DNA of 64,000 nucleotides, taken from contig CALEPR010000036.1 of NCBI GenBank assembly GCA_937910665.1, positions 1,198-65,197 on the forward strand, in the 5' to 3' direction. The stretch comes from an uncultured Selenomonadales bacterium. Lineage in GTDB: Bacteria > Bacillota > Negativicutes > Selenomonadales > Selenomonadaceae. A program made the translations under genes and the position numbers. Each line of letters opens with the position of its first letter. The stretch's first letter is position 1. Below are positions 35,444 to 44,288 of this stretch, in pieces. The notes below the pieces were generated by a model. That model saw only the letters and a list, made by a program, of their open reading frames with translations. It searched no databases and was not told where the DNA came from.

Positions 35444-35519
35444 ATTTTTGCCTCTTTCGTTTTTGTGAGGTTTTCACAAAATTATACCCCAAATTTTGTA
35501 AATTCATTCAATACGGTCC

Positions 35520-36698
35520 TCATTCGCCGTAATTGAACGTTTTCATCTCGGTGCCCTCGACCGCCTTCTGTATCAGCGGCTCGAAATCGAAGCTGCTCTG
35601 CGCCTTTTCGATGTCCGAAAGCTGGGGCCTTACCTTGGGGTGACGCGGCGTGAACACCGTACAGCAGTCCTCATACGGGAGCACGGATGTCTCGAACGTG
35701 TCTATTTTACGAGCAATTTCGATTATCTCGGTCTTGTCCATTCCCACGCACGGGCGGAATACGGGTATGCGGCACACAGCGTCCGTACACGCGATAGCCG
35801 CCATGGTCTGGCTCGCGACCTGTCCGACGCTCTCGCCCGTGATGAGTGCAAGACAGTTGTCCTTAGCGGCAATGCGCTGTGCAATTTCCATCATGAGCCG
35901 CCTCATTATAATAGTAAAGAACTCCTCGGGGCAGTTGTCCTTGATAGCCTCCTGTATCTCCGTGAACGGCACGCAGTAGAACGCTATGCCGCCGCAGTAG
36001 TCCGTGAGCTTCCGGCAGAGCTGCTCCACCTTGAGCTGTGCGCGGTCGGAGGTGTAAGGCGGGCTGACATAGTGTATCGCCGCGATGTGAACTCCCCTTT
36101 TTGCCATCATATAGCCTGCAACAGGACTGTCGATGCCGCCCGAGAGCAGAAGCATTGCCTTGCCGCTGCTGCCGACGGGAAGTCCGCCTGCGCCCTTGAT
36201 GTTCTCTGCATGAACGTAGGCATTGGTGTCGCGTATCTCGACAGTTACCGTAATTTCGGGGTTTTTAACGTCAACGGTCAGGTGCGGGAATTTTTCGAGC
36301 AGCCTGCCGCCGAGTTCCATGCATATCTCGGGGGACTTCATCGGGAAAGCCTTGTCCGCGCGCTTGGCGTTCACCTTGAAGGTCTTGGCTCCGCCGAGAA
36401 TATCGGCAAGGTAGTCGTAGCTCCTTTCGCAGATGTCCTCGAAGTCCTTTTCGCACACGCACGCACGGCAAAGCGCGGCAATTCCGAATATCTTGCCGAC
36501 TCTGTCCACCACGTCCGCGAGGTCGGTGTCCTCATCGAGCGGCGTTATGTAGGTCGTGGACTGTGCGCTCGTGAGCTGGAAGCGCCCGAGGGGCTTCAGT
36601 CTGCGCTTGATGTTCTTTATGAGCATATCCTCAAAGGTCTTTTTGTTCAGCCCCTTGAGAGCCATTTCTCCGTATTTTACAAGTACTATCTCTTTCAT
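35520..36698 (-). CDS. thiI: tRNA 4-thiouridine(8) synthase
   Basis: 392 aa: THUMP domain plus PP-loop SGGIDSPVA. No rhodanese domain. Confidence 0.92.
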   Translation of the reverse strand: MKEIVLVKYGEMALKGLNKKTFEDMLIKNIKRRLKPLGRFQLTSAQSTTYITPLDEDTDLADVVDRVGKIFGIAALCRACVCEKDFEDICERSYDYLADILGGAKTFKVNAKRADKAFPMKSPEICMELGGRLLEKFPHLTVDVKNPEITVTVEIRDTNAYVHAENIKGAGGLPVGSSGKAMLLLSGGIDSPVAGYMMAKRGVHIAAIHYVSPPYTSDRAQLKVEQLCRKLTDYCGGIAFYCVPFTEIQEAIKDNCPEEFFTIIMRRLMMEIAQRIAAKDNCLALITGESVGQVASQTMAAIACTDAVCRIPVFRPCVGMDKTEIIEIARKIDTFETSVLPYEDCCTVFTPRHPKVRPQLSDIEKAQSSFDFEPLIQKAVEGTEMKTFNYGE

Positions 36699-36725
36699 AT
36701 TTTCCTCCTATGTTATTATGTTACA

Positions 36726-36947
36726 TCAGTCCATGCCGCCCCATTGGCTCAAATCGTATATCATGCTCCAGTAGAACACCTGTCCGAGTATCCCCGTGAC
36801 TATGTAGAATATCCTGCAAGCGGCAAGCTTCGGCTTCGTGCCGTCCTTTTCCGATCTTTTTATCCTCGATCTTGCGGAGGCAAAGCAGCAGGCGACCCAT
36901 ATCGCAGCTCCGAGAACAGAAAAGGCTATTATTCCTATCCGGTCCAT
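36726..36947 (-). CDS. Small two-TM membrane protein (hypothetical)
   Basis: 73 aa with two hydrophobic helices. The start overlaps the upstream gene's stop (TAATG). Confidence 0.5.
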   Translation of the reverse strand: MDRIGIIAFSVLGAAIWVACCFASARSRIKRSEKDGTKPKLAACRIFYIVTGILGQVFYWSMIYDLSQWGGMD

Positions 36948-37525
36948 TATCCCCTCACCTTTTTCCCCGCAGCGCGCTCATCGAGCTGCGCCACATCAAG
37001 CTTTAAATCGTATATTTGAGGCGAAGCCGAGCTTATGGTCACAAACCGCACTTTTCCGATGTATTTTTCTGCATTTGCCCCTATGCGCCAACCGTTTACA
37101 TTCTTAAATTTTTTGTTTATATTCCCCCGAAGCTTATGAAACAATTTTTCTGCGGCTTCATTCCCGTCCAAAACATCTATAACGCCGTGAACAAGGCACT
37201 TTCCGTCGGGCGTGAAGCCGCTTGGAGAAAATCTCAGCGCCGGAGCTTCATTATCCTCGGGCTTTGCCTCATAGCCTGTCGACCCGTCCCGGAATGTCTG
37301 TCCCACTATTTTTATGGGAGCAACAAGGTTCGTTACAGTAAAATTAACTGTTAAATGACTTCCTGTTGGATTAATATCGACCGAGGGAATTTCAGAAAAG
37401 GACGAATAAATTGGTATATCAGAGCTTTCATGCCAGCCGCACGGAATAAATTTGAGTTCTTCATCGGCGAAGATCTCCGACATATCACCTCTTGCGGCGA
37501 AAAAGTTCACTCTTTTTCCACGCAT
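36947..37525 (-). CDS. Hypothetical protein, no recognisable family
   Basis: 192 aa from ATG 37525, which avoids overlap with the desulfurase stop at 37531. Soluble, with no motif I can name. Confidence 0.55.
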   Translation of the reverse strand: MRGKRVNFFAARGDMSEIFADEELKFIPCGWHESSDIPIYSSFSEIPSVDINPTGSHLTVNFTVTNLVAPIKIVGQTFRDGSTGYEAKPEDNEAPALRFSPSGFTPDGKCLVHGVIDVLDGNEAAEKLFHKLRGNINKKFKNVNGWRIGANAEKYIGKVRFVTISSASPQIYDLKLDVAQLDERAAGKKVRG

Positions 37526-37530
37526 TGCGC

Positions 37531-38661
37531 TCACCCTCTCACCTTTTCCATACCCTCGCGCAGAGCCGCGCAAAGCTCATCGAGCTCCGCCTCGGTGGTC
37601 TCCGCGGTAATGCTTATGCGCAGGGCGCTGTCGGCGCGCTTGCCCGTGATACCGAACTGCCCGAGAACTCCGCTCTGCTGTCCCTTTGAGCACGCCGAGC
37701 CGCTCGAAACGCAGATACCTCGGCTTTCGAGGAAGTGCAGCATTATCTCCGAGCGCTTGCCCCCGACAGAGATATTTATGACATACGGCGAGCCGTCGTC
37801 GGGTGAATTCACCGATATACCGCCTATCTCCGCAAGTCTGCCGAGGAGGTGGGCTTTCAGCTCCTGCGCCCTCGCATAACGCTCGGAAATGGTCGGGCGG
37901 AGCTTCTGAGCCGCCGCTCCGAATGCGGCTATCAGCGGAACGCTCTCAGTCCCCGAGCGGACGCCCTTTTCCTGCTTTCCGCCCGTAACTATGGGCAGTA
38001 CGCGCACTCCCCTCCTGATGTAGAGCGCGCCCACGCCCTTTACTCCGTGTATTTTGTGCGCACTCAGAGAGATGAGGTCGGCGTGCAGCGCTGTCGCCTT
38101 TACAGGCAGCTTCATATAGCCCTGAACGCAGTCGCAGTGCGTGATGATATCGGGGAAACGCCGTTTTACCGCCGAAAACGTCTCTTTTACGGGCATGATG
38201 TACCCCGTTTCGTTGTTTACCAGCATAACGCTTATGAGACAGGTCTCGTCATCGCAGGCGGAAATGAAGTCCTCCGCATAGAATCGTCCGTCCTCGCGCG
38301 GTGAGACCCTCGTCACCTCAAAGCCGTTCTTTTCAAGCGCGGCTGCCGTCTCGTCCACGGAGGCGTGTTCTACCGCCGAAACGACTATTTTACGGCGTTT
38401 TTTTCCGTAAGCCGCCGAAGCTCCCCTAAGCGCGAGGTTATTGCTCTCGGTCGCGCCGGAGGTGAAGTAAAGTTCAGAGCTGTCCGCTCCGATAGAGGAG
38501 GCTATTATTTTCCGGGCACTGTCCATAGCGAGCTGCGCGTCAAGACCCGCCCTATGCAGGGACGAGGGGTTCCCGTAATTTTCCGTCATTGCGTCAACAG
38601 CAGCACTGACCGCCTCGGCACACGGCTTTGTAGTCGCCGCATTATCAAGATAGACCGACAT
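37531..38661 (-). CDS. Cysteine desulfurase, NifS/IscS class V aminotransferase
   Basis: 376 aa with N-terminal YLDNAATT, PLP-lysine SAHKIHG and active-site SSGSACS. Confidence 0.92.
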   Translation of the reverse strand: MSVYLDNAATTKPCAEAVSAAVDAMTENYGNPSSLHRAGLDAQLAMDSARKIIASSIGADSSELYFTSGATESNNLALRGASAAYGKKRRKIVVSAVEHASVDETAAALEKNGFEVTRVSPREDGRFYAEDFISACDDETCLISVMLVNNETGYIMPVKETFSAVKRRFPDIITHCDCVQGYMKLPVKATALHADLISLSAHKIHGVKGVGALYIRRGVRVLPIVTGGKQEKGVRSGTESVPLIAAFGAAAQKLRPTISERYARAQELKAHLLGRLAEIGGISVNSPDDGSPYVINISVGGKRSEIMLHFLESRGICVSSGSACSKGQQSGVLGQFGITGKRADSALRISITAETTEAELDELCAALREGMEKVRG

Positions 38662-38894
38662 TCTTTCATACCTTTCTTTGACAAACGTTAACTTTAATTA
38701 TACCACATTATTTAAGAAAAAACAACAAATCGCGGCTAAAAATTTTAGTCTCTTGCATTTAAAACGCGACACGGCGGCGCGGGCTCCGCGATATAAAAAG
38801 CAACCGACAGAAAGTTTTATCCTGCGATTTTCCTGAAATTTTCAGAAAACCGACATTTTTCCGCCGAAAAAAGCAGAAAATTCATTCGCAGCTG

Positions 38895-38923
38895 TTGATT
38901 TTTCAGTGGTCTTATGGTATAAT
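38895..38923 (+). promoter_or_regulatory. Sigma70-like promoter with extended -10 upstream of yfhO
   Basis: TTGATT, 17-nt spacer ending in TGg, then TATAAT (38918-38923). Confidence 0.55.
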
Positions 38924-38960
38924 AATTGTGTATATTTTCCAACAGCAGGCGGAGGTTTCA

Positions 38961-41480
38961 ATGTCAAAAAATTTACGCGGTATCTCACGTTATTCAAAAG
39001 AAAAATATCTTGCAGCTTTTCTGCTCGGCTTCGGGTGTATGCTGCTGACGCTCATACCGTTCATGATCGGTGAAAAGGGCTATTTCATCTACTACGGCGA
39101 TTACAACGCTCAGCAGATACCCTTCTACAGCCTCGCGAACAACGCTGTCCGCAGCGGCCAGACAGGCTGGAGCTGGTTCACCGACCTCGGCTCTGATTTT
39201 ATGACTTCGTATTCTTTCTATCTCTACGGGAGCCCGTTTTTCCGCCTCTCGGCGCTGCTCCCGAGAGCGTGGGTCATATACTCCATGCCGGTTCTGCTGG
39301 CGATGAAGCACGGAATGGCTTCGCTGACGGCTTATGCCTATATACGGCGGTTTGTCCGCAGTAAAAGCGCCTGTCTCGCCGGAGCTATGCTTTATGCATT
39401 TTCGGGATTCCAGGTATACAACATCTTCTTCAACCACTTTCAGGACGTAACGGCATTCTTCCCGCTCATGCTCATCGCAATGGAGGAGAATATCAACAAC
39501 CGCCGCAGGGGCGTCTTTGCCCTGACCGTAGCCTTCATGGCTGCACTGAACTACTATTTCTTCGCAGGTCAGGCGGTATTCCTCGTTTTCTACTACCTGT
39601 TCCGAATGGGGTGCAAGGACTTTGATACATCTTGGGGAAAATTTTTCGCTCTCGCGTTCGAGGCGATAGCCGGAACTATGCTCGCAGGCTTTATCCTGCT
39701 CCCCTCCGCACTGGCTATACTGGGAAATTACCGCGTCAGCGAGCATCTTTACGGGCTCGACATGGTAATTTACTCCGACAAGACGATAATTCCGAGGGTC
39801 ATTCAGTCGTTCTTTATGCCGCCCGATGCGCCCGCCTATCCGAATCTTTTCAAATCGGATTATGAAAAATGGGCTTCGATAGGCGGATATCTCCCCATAT
39901 TCTCGATGACGGGAGCTGCGGCATTCATGAAGAGCCGCAAAAAGCACTGGGCTTCGCGGCTGACTCTTTTCTGCATCATATGTGCATTCGTCCCCATACT
40001 CAACAGTATGTTTCAGGCGATGAACTCCTACTATTACGCGCGGTGGTTCTATATGCCGATACTGATAATGGCGATGATGACCGCTCACACTCTCGACGAC
40101 GAGGAAGCGGATACGCGCTTCGGCGTGCTTTTCAGCGCTGCCATGCTCGGAGCACTCGCCGTTATTGCCGCTCTGCCCGTAAAATCGGCAGACACGGAGA
40201 AGCTGAGGTTCTTCTCGCTCCCGGACGACCCCGCCTACTTCTGGCTGTGTTTCGGCGTGGCTGCGGCAGGGCTCATCTGCGCTGCGGTCATATACTCGCG
40301 GAAAAAGCGCTCGCTGCCGTTCATGAGATTTTCGGTATTTGCAGTCTCGCTCGGCTCGGTCATATGCATCTTCACGACAACTCTTTACGGCGCAAACAGC
40401 CTCACCACGGCAAAAAAATACATCTCATCGGCTATTGAGGGCAAGGCTTACGAGGAGGTATCCGAGGATAATTTCTTCCGCATAGATATCTCCGAAGACT
40501 GCGATAATTACCCGATGATATGGGAACTTCCCTCCATGCGCGCATTCCAGAGCGTAGTCACCACCTCTGTCATGGACTTCTACGATTCGGTCGGAGTAAC
40601 GCGCGATGTTGCTTCAAGAGCAGACCTTTCGCACTATACCCTGCGCGGACTTTTTTCCGTGAAGTACTACTACAAGAGGATAGCCGAGGGCTGCCGGTAC
40701 GAGGAGCTTCTCTCCGCTTCGCAGGACAGCTCCGGCTCGCCGTCCTCCTCCGGAACATCGGACGAAACCGATACCTCAGAAGCTATTATCCCGGAGGATC
40801 TGCCCGGCTTCGAGTACGCAGGCGCAAATGAGTATTTCGAGATATACGAGAATACGCTCTATATCCCCGAGGGCTTTGCGTATGACACCTATATCACGCA
40901 GGAGGAAGCCGATAAAAAAACCGCCTCCACCCGCGAAAAACTTATGATGAAGTCGCTTGTGCTGACCGAAAAACAGGCGAAAAAGTACTCCGACATACTC
41001 ACCGCCTACGATCCGACGGACTATTCGGGGCTCACCAAAAACAGCTATATCGCCTACTGCCGCGAAAAGCAGCAGAAATGCTCCTCATCGTTCACCTACG
41101 ATTCACACGGCTTCAAGTCGGTAATAGCCCTCGATAAGCCTCAGCTCGTGTTTTTCAGCGTTCCCTACAGCGACGGCTGGAGCGCCGAGGTCAACGGCAA
41201 AAAGGCAGACGTCGAGCTCGTTTCATACGGCTTCATGGCGGTAAGAGCCGAGCCGGGCGAAAACGATATCGTTTTCCGCTATGAGACACCCGGGCTCGCG
41301 GCAGGCAAAAAAATAAGCCTCGCGGGAGCGGCGCTGCTCATCATCTATGTCGGGATATCGCTTATGCTCCGCAAAAAAATCAGCATCAGCCATGCTCCTC
41401 ATACTCATTACTACGATTATGTTTCTTCACATAAATCAGCGGCTTCGCAGGAATATTGCAGAAGCTTCCGCAAAAAATAA
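38961..41480 (+). CDS. yfhO: YfhO-family membrane glycosyltransferase-like protein
   Basis: 839 aa from ATG 38961 (GGAGG SD). The N-terminal pattern YGDYNAQQIPFY...GWSWFTDLGSDF is typical of YfhO. It has many TM helices and a large C-terminal extracytoplasmic domain. Confidence 0.85.
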   Translation: MSKNLRGISRYSKEKYLAAFLLGFGCMLLTLIPFMIGEKGYFIYYGDYNAQQIPFYSLANNAVRSGQTGWSWFTDLGSDFMTSYSFYLYGSPFFRLSALLPRAWVIYSMPVLLAMKHGMASLTAYAYIRRFVRSKSACLAGAMLYAFSGFQVYNIFFNHFQDVTAFFPLMLIAMEENINNRRRGVFALTVAFMAALNYYFFAGQAVFLVFYYLFRMGCKDFDTSWGKFFALAFEAIAGTMLAGFILLPSALAILGNYRVSEHLYGLDMVIYSDKTIIPRVIQSFFMPPDAPAYPNLFKSDYEKWASIGGYLPIFSMTGAAAFMKSRKKHWASRLTLFCIICAFVPILNSMFQAMNSYYYARWFYMPILIMAMMTAHTLDDEEADTRFGVLFSAAMLGALAVIAALPVKSADTEKLRFFSLPDDPAYFWLCFGVAAAGLICAAVIYSRKKRSLPFMRFSVFAVSLGSVICIFTTTLYGANSLTTAKKYISSAIEGKAYEEVSEDNFFRIDISEDCDNYPMIWELPSMRAFQSVVTTSVMDFYDSVGVTRDVASRADLSHYTLRGLFSVKYYYKRIAEGCRYEELLSASQDSSGSPSSSGTSDETDTSEAIIPEDLPGFEYAGANEYFEIYENTLYIPEGFAYDTYITQEEADKKTASTREKLMMKSLVLTEKQAKKYSDILTAYDPTDYSGLTKNSYIAYCREKQQKCSSSFTYDSHGFKSVIALDKPQLVFFSVPYSDGWSAEVNGKKADVELVSYGFMAVRAEPGENDIVFRYETPGLAAGKKISLAGAALLIIYVGISLMLRKKISISHAPHTHYYDYVSSHKSAASQEYCRSFRKK

Positions 41481-41491
41481 CGGAGGTAAAT

Positions 41492-42028
41492 ATGCATTTA
41501 CAGGAAAAAACACTGAAAAGCGACATAATATATGAGGGACCTATCTTCACGATAACCCACGATGTCGCAGAGCTTGAAAACGGCAAAACAGCCGTCAGAG
41601 ACGTTCTTCACCACCACGGAGGCGTCTGCGTTATCCCGATCACAGACGACAACGAGATATATCTCGTTCGTCAGTTCCGCTATCCGTTCGCGGCAGTCAC
41701 GGCAGAGGTCCCTGCCGGAAAGCTCGAAAAGGGCGAGGACCATGCCGAGTGCGGCAGGCGCGAGCTGCTTGAGGAAACAGGCTGCAAATGCACCGAGTAC
41801 ATCTACCTCGGCGAAATGCTCCCCACGCCTGCTTACAACACCGAGGTAACGTATATGTATCTCGCGCGCGGACTCAGCTTCGACAAGCAGTCGCTCGATG
41901 AGGACGAATTCCTCGACGTCGAGAAGATACCGCTCGCCGAGGCAGTTCAGCTCGTCATGGACGGAAAAATACGCGACGGCAAGACTCAGCTCGCCATTCT
42001 GAAGGCGGCAAGGATACTCGGGCTGTGA
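41492..42028 (+). CDS. NUDIX hydrolase, ADP-ribose pyrophosphatase-like
   Basis: Nudix box GKLEKGEDHAECGRRELLEETG. ATG at 41492 follows a GGAGG SD. Confidence 0.85.
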   Translation: MHLQEKTLKSDIIYEGPIFTITHDVAELENGKTAVRDVLHHHGGVCVIPITDDNEIYLVRQFRYPFAAVTAEVPAGKLEKGEDHAECGRRELLEETGCKCTEYIYLGEMLPTPAYNTEVTYMYLARGLSFDKQSLDEDEFLDVEKIPLAEAVQLVMDGKIRDGKTQLAILKAARILGL

Positions 42029-42037
42029 AAAACAAAA

Positions 42038-42057
42038 GCCTGCCGTTTAAGGCAGGC
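42038..42057. terminator. Hairpin between the convergent NUDIX and spoVG genes
   Basis: GCCTGCC-gtttaa-GGCAGGC. Confidence 0.5.
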
Positions 42058-42070
42058 GAATGTATCCTTC

Positions 42071-42400
42071 TCACCCCCCGGGCTGTGGATCCGGGGCAGG
42101 GGTTTCAGCGGCAGCGGCTTCGGCAGCCTCCTCAGCCTCAGCAAGAGCAAGATGGCGTGAATATGCATCGAGGATAGTTTCCTCCATGAGCCTTCTCACT
42201 TCCGCTGAGATCGGGTGAACGATATCGCGGAAGATACCGTTTTCGTCCCTTCTGCTCGGCATTGCGACAAACAGTCTTTCATCGCCCTGAACTACCTTGA
42301 TATCGTGTATGGCAAGCATATCGTCGATAGTTATTGAGATCACCGCTCTCAACCTGCCCTCCGATATTATTTTTCTGATCTTGACATCTGTGATCTGCAT
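42071..42400 (-). CDS. spoVG: Septation/regulatory protein SpoVG
   Basis: 109 aa. MQITDVKIRKI...AVISITIDDMLAIHDIKVV.G...FVAMPSRR is near-canonical SpoVG. An acidic Ala-rich tail follows. Confidence 0.93.
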   Translation of the reverse strand: MQITDVKIRKIISEGRLRAVISITIDDMLAIHDIKVVQGDERLFVAMPSRRDENGIFRDIVHPISAEVRRLMEETILDAYSRHLALAEAEEAAEAAAAETPAPDPQPGG

Positions 42401-42495
42401 AATATTGACCTCCTTGAACGTTAAATAATATTTTGATCAAATTTGTGCTTACATGGATATTTTTACCTGAAAGCGCAAAAGATATTCATAAATCC

Positions 42496-42708
42496 CCGCG
42501 CTTCTCAGAAAATATTATAACATATTAATTTGGAAAAATCAACGGGCGCGGCGTGATATTTGCAGTTTTTTTCAACTTCGGCGCGAAGAAGGCGGCGCGG
42601 GCTCCTAACAGGAGCCGTGACCCTCTGTCAGCTGCGCTGACATCTCCCTACACAGTAGGGAGTCACCGCGCTTATAACATATTAATTTGGAAAAATCAAC
42701 GGGCGCGG
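42496..42708 (+). repeat. Two 36-nt perfect direct repeats flanking a GC-rich multi-hairpin module
   Basis: TATAACATATTAATTTGGAAAAATCAACGGGCGCGG occurs at 42516-42551 and 42673-42708. Each copy is preceded by CCGCGCTT. The region between them carries three hairpins. Confidence 0.85.
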
Positions 42709-42730
42709 ACAATATTTTTCCATACAAAGC

Positions 42731-42827
42731 TTAATGACAGCCTCAACGAGCGAAAGCAGACTATCTGTTTTGCTGAGAGTAAACGAGCTTGCGAGTGACA
42801 ACGTGGTATGCCAACGCGGGCTCCGCG
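42731..42827 (+). repeat. Dispersed intergenic repeat, copy A (upstream of murC)
   Basis: Its core (TTAATGACAG..AACGAGCGAAAGCAGACTATC..GAGAGT.AACGAGCTTGCGAGTGACAAC) recurs at 63929-64000. Diverged copies lie on the minus strand at 54785-54860 and 57641-57692. Confidence 0.8.
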
Positions 42828-42860
42828 TCGGGCTGATTCTAAACGAAAAGGTGATATAAC

Positions 42861-44288
42861 TTGGATAACAACATTTTAAACGGAAAAAAACATATTCACT
42901 TCATAGGCATAGGCGGATCGGGTATGTATCCGCTCGCCCAGATACTCCATACGAGGGGATTTTATCTGACCGGCTCGGATAACAACGAGACCGAGACCCT
43001 CGATGCGGTGCGCAAAATGGGTATCCCCGTGTTCATCGGTCAGCGCGCCGAAAATATCGAGGGTGCCGACCTTATAGTCCACACTGCCGCAATTATGGAG
43101 GATAACCCCGAGCTTATGGCGGCAAGAGCAAGCGGAGTTCCCGTCCTTGAACGTGCGGATCTCCTCGGCATTATTACAAGCGGCTACGACAACGCCGTCT
43201 GCGTTTCGGGAACTCACGGCAAGACCACCGCTACCTCGATGATAACCCAGATACTCTATACCGCAGGCATCGACCTTTCCGCATATATCGGCGGAAAACT
43301 CCCCTGCATAGGCGGAAGCGGCATTGCAGGAAAAAGCGATATCCTCGTCTGCGAATCATGTGAATTCGAGGACCACTACCTTAAACTCTCACCCGATATA
43401 TCCGTTATACTCAACATCGACGCCGATCACCTCGATTACTTCGGAACCCTCGATAATATCATCTCGTCGTTCAGAAAATTTGCACAGAACACCTCAAAGC
43501 TGCTCATTGTGAACGGCTCTGATGAAAATACCATGAAGGCTGTCAGCGGACTTGACAAGGAGATCATCACCTTCGGCGAAAACAGCTCCTGCGACTACTA
43601 TCCCGAAAACGTCCGCCGCGCAAACGGTCTGCTCACCACCTTTGACGCGATGTACAGGGGCGAAAGGCTCGGCGAGATAACGCTCCATGTGGCAGGGCTT
43701 CACAACGTCCTCAACTCACTCGCGGCTATCGCGGCGGCACGCTTCCTCGGCACGGATATGGAAAGCATTATCAAGGGTCTGGGAGAGTTCCGCGGAGCAA
43801 AACGCCGCTTTGAAAAGCTCGGTTTTGAAAAGGGCGTTACCGTCGTTGACGATTATGCCCACCACCCGACAGAGCTCGAAGCTACGCTGAATGCCGCAAT
43901 GGAGATGAACTTCAATAAGGTCTGGGCAATATTCCAGCCGTTCACCTTCTCAAGAACAAAGCTGCTGCTCGACGACTTTGCAAGAGTGCTCAGGATCCCG
44001 GATCAGGCTGTCCTGACCGACATAATGGGCAGCCGTGAAAAAAATACCTACGGCATTTTCACGCGCCACCTCGCCGAGAAGATCCCCGGCTGTATCTGGT
44101 TTGCGCAGGACGAATCGGCAGAGTGGGATGACGAGCGCAAATATGCCAATTTCTCGCAGATATGCGACTATGTATGCGAGCACGTGAGAGAGGGAGATCT
44201 GGTCATAACGCTCGGCTGCGGAGATGCATACAAGATCGCAAAAATGATCCTTAAAAAACTTTCGGAAGAGGAGAATAAATATGCTTAA
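42861..44288 (+). CDS. murC: UDP-N-acetylmuramate--L-alanine ligase
   Basis: 475 aa with HFIGIGGSGM, GTHGKTTT and the Mur ligase middle and C-terminal domains. TTG start. Confidence 0.93.
   Translation: MDNNILNGKKHIHFIGIGGSGMYPLAQILHTRGFYLTGSDNNETETLDAVRKMGIPVFIGQRAENIEGADLIVHTAAIMEDNPELMAARASGVPVLERADLLGIITSGYDNAVCVSGTHGKTTATSMITQILYTAGIDLSAYIGGKLPCIGGSGIAGKSDILVCESCEFEDHYLKLSPDISVILNIDADHLDYFGTLDNIISSFRKFAQNTSKLLIVNGSDENTMKAVSGLDKEIITFGENSSCDYYPENVRRANGLLTTFDAMYRGERLGEITLHVAGLHNVLNSLAAIAAARFLGTDMESIIKGLGEFRGAKRRFEKLGFEKGVTVVDDYAHHPTELEATLNAAMEMNFNKVWAIFQPFTFSRTKLLLDDFARVLRIPDQAVLTDIMGSREKNTYGIFTRHLAEKIPGCIWFAQDESAEWDDERKYANFSQICDYVCEHVREGDLVITLGCGDAYKIAKMILKKLSEEENKYA

Noticed and set aside
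35640-37019. 459-aa plus-strand ORF
   Set aside because: It lies antisense to thiI and the two small genes. The sequence is Arg/Ala/His-rich with no motifs, which is typical of a shadow ORF in GC-rich DNA. The minus-strand genes have clear family signatures.
38994-40088. 364-aa minus-strand ORF
   Set aside because: It lies antisense to the well-supported YfhO gene. Its composition is Arg/His/Glu-rich and it has no start context.
42591-42672. Possible tRNA or tRNA-like gene in the GC-rich multi-hairpin
   Set aside because: There is no T-loop (GTTCRANYC) and no D-loop or anticodon-arm geometry. The stems are nested in a way that is incompatible with a cloverleaf.
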